A stretch of DNA of 64,000 nt from Lingula anatina (Eukaryota; Animalia; Brachiopoda). Below the pieces are notes generated by a model. The model made no database searches. It worked only from the letters and a program-made list of their open reading frames with translations, and was not told where the DNA came from. The position numbers were made by a program, and so were the translations under genes. Location: NCBI GenBank assembly GCA_051362555.1, contig CM120642.1, positions 7,688,001-7,752,000 on the forward strand, written 5' to 3'. Shown here in pieces: positions 36,086-64,000 of this stretch. Positions within the stretch are counted from its first letter, which is position 1; every line of letters begins with the position of its first letter.

Positions 36086-37095
36086 GTTAAGGGTAGTCAC
36101 TCTTAGCACTATAAATCACAGGGTGCAAGTAACAGGTACTATTAAATTATTATCCACCTTACAATATCAACTTAAAAGTATTCCCTCCTTATAACAATAC
36201 AATACAATGCCTTGCATTCTGCAAACTACAGGGTACAATGGATTATCATGGTTATAGATTCCGAATAAACGTATTAAATACATACTATCATGTTGAAACA
36301 TCAATTATTAAATTGCACACTACACTCATACACGTCCATACCTAAGCATAAGCATTGCACGTTTCCAGATAAAATATATTGCCTGTAAATATACCTAAGG
36401 CTCCCATTAGGTGCAAACTTAACCAATCAAATATGTAAAAATATGTAAAACAAAGCAAATCAACAATGGCTGAATAGGGGAAATACAGGACAATAATTTT
36501 CAACACAGAGTCACATCTTTCTGAAAAATGGTAACTATCAAACCATACATATGAGTCTGTAAATTGCATCAAAAGTAAACATATAATTTATAAATAAATA
36601 TTTATGAAAAATGAAAAACAACAACAACATTTTTATAATTTTTGGTACTATAATTTGACCAATATTCCTATAAAAGAATTGTCCTATATTTTCTCAGCTT
36701 TCACTCAAGGCAGTTCTAACTTGTTTTATCCTTAGTATAATTGACCAAAATGAAGTCTGATGAAACAAAAAATTCTATAATCAAGTACAGCAATAAACAA
36801 TGTATATGCAAAATTAAAAAAAAACAAAAAAAAACGTATTTTGATAAAATTTGACATAATACAGGATGCAATCCTAATTTGTTGATATACTATTGCATTC
36901 CATATCAAAGGAACATTACTCTTTTAACTTCTGATTTCTGTTACATAATTATGTCAATATCCTCTCTCAAATTCACACAAATAGTGTGCATTATATAGTT
37001 TATATTTCACGCCTACTCTATGTCTAAATCAATAAACTAAACATGGTCATATTCAAATATATGTCTATGGTAGATTAACAAAATAAATAAAAAAA

Positions 37096-37126
<31 letters not shown>

Positions 37127-37490
37127 AAATAACACTATTCCTAAGCCTAGCTAAATTTAATTTGGAAAAATGTCTGTGCTAGCCATAAATGCACAGCCCA
37201 TGGTAAATACTGACCATGGCCAATACTGCCCCATGTGTCCAGTATCCATGAGATGGTTAGGATTGTCCTGTCTTGTCAGTTCTAGCTATTAAGTGCTGCC
37301 CTCTACTGTTTGTGCTTCACAACTAGTAATGGCCATTGCAGTTAAAACTATGCCACTCACATAATACATCAAATTCCTATGAATTGCACTGAATATTTCA
37401 TTAGGACTTCATCAGTCATTTTAACTACTTGTTTATTTCAGTTCAACAAACCTAGAAGTAAAGTGAACTTGTCTTTTTTGTCTGTTTAAA

Positions 37491-63639
<26,149 letters not shown>

Positions 63640-63867
63640 GTTATAATTCTGTTACAATTGCTACAAATAAAATATAGTGAAAAAAATTATGTGAAAAGCA
63701 AAACATACATGTACTAGTAAAAAAAACTGATAAATCAGATGATCAGTTAGGTGTCAATATTTGCAAATGTCATAGGAAATATATTTACAAAGAGGTTTCT
63801 TTAACCACTGACTAGTATACATTAAATGGATCTGATTCAACAGTTTTGCTTGTAAATATTCATTTTA

Positions 63868-64000
63868 TAGGGGTGGACATAAGCCGTCGTCTGGGTCTGC
63901 CGGAAGACGGTCAGATTTTTTTTAGTTCACATTGATGGGCATTAATTTTTTTCTGTCAGGATACATTCCAAAATGGAGGATGCTTCAACAAAGATAATTT
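63868..64000 (+). mobile_element. MITE copy 3 (truncated by the window end)
   Basis: AGGGGTGGACATAAGCCGTCGTCTGGGTCTGCCGGAAGACGGTCAGA matches copies 1 and 2. Confidence 0.7.

Overview
AT-rich, intron-rich eukaryotic DNA from an animal, probably a marine invertebrate (lophotrochozoan/mollusc-like repeat families; inferred, not proven). From left to right: (1) the 5' part of MOSPD2 (CRAL-TRIO + MSP domains, minus strand, running off the left edge), head-to-head with (2) a complete 8-exon FANCB gene. Their start codons are only ~205 bp apart, the same divergent arrangement as human Xp22.2. The last two FANCB introns each hold a 4-5 kb Helentron-type non-autonomous (HINE-like) element with a ~162-bp satellite core and nested small elements. 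(3) A secreted CE4 chitin deacetylase with an uninterrupted CDS. (4) A CpG-rich tRNA-Leu(AAG)/tRNA-Ala(AGC) cluster built by tandem and inverted duplication, with tRNA pseudogenes, a 290-bp palindrome at the inversion edge, and an unassigned TATA + box A + box B Pol III-like unit with a vault-RNA-like panhandle. (5) The complete CDS (~45-50 exons, minus strand) of a large PARP: putative BAH-like N-terminal domain, Lys-rich region, many ankyrin repeats, WGR, PARP regulatory domain and an intact H-Y-E catalytic domain (PME-5/'tankyrase-like' architecture, not a true tankyrase). No prokaryotic features or CRISPR arrays. All exon boundaries were read by eye.
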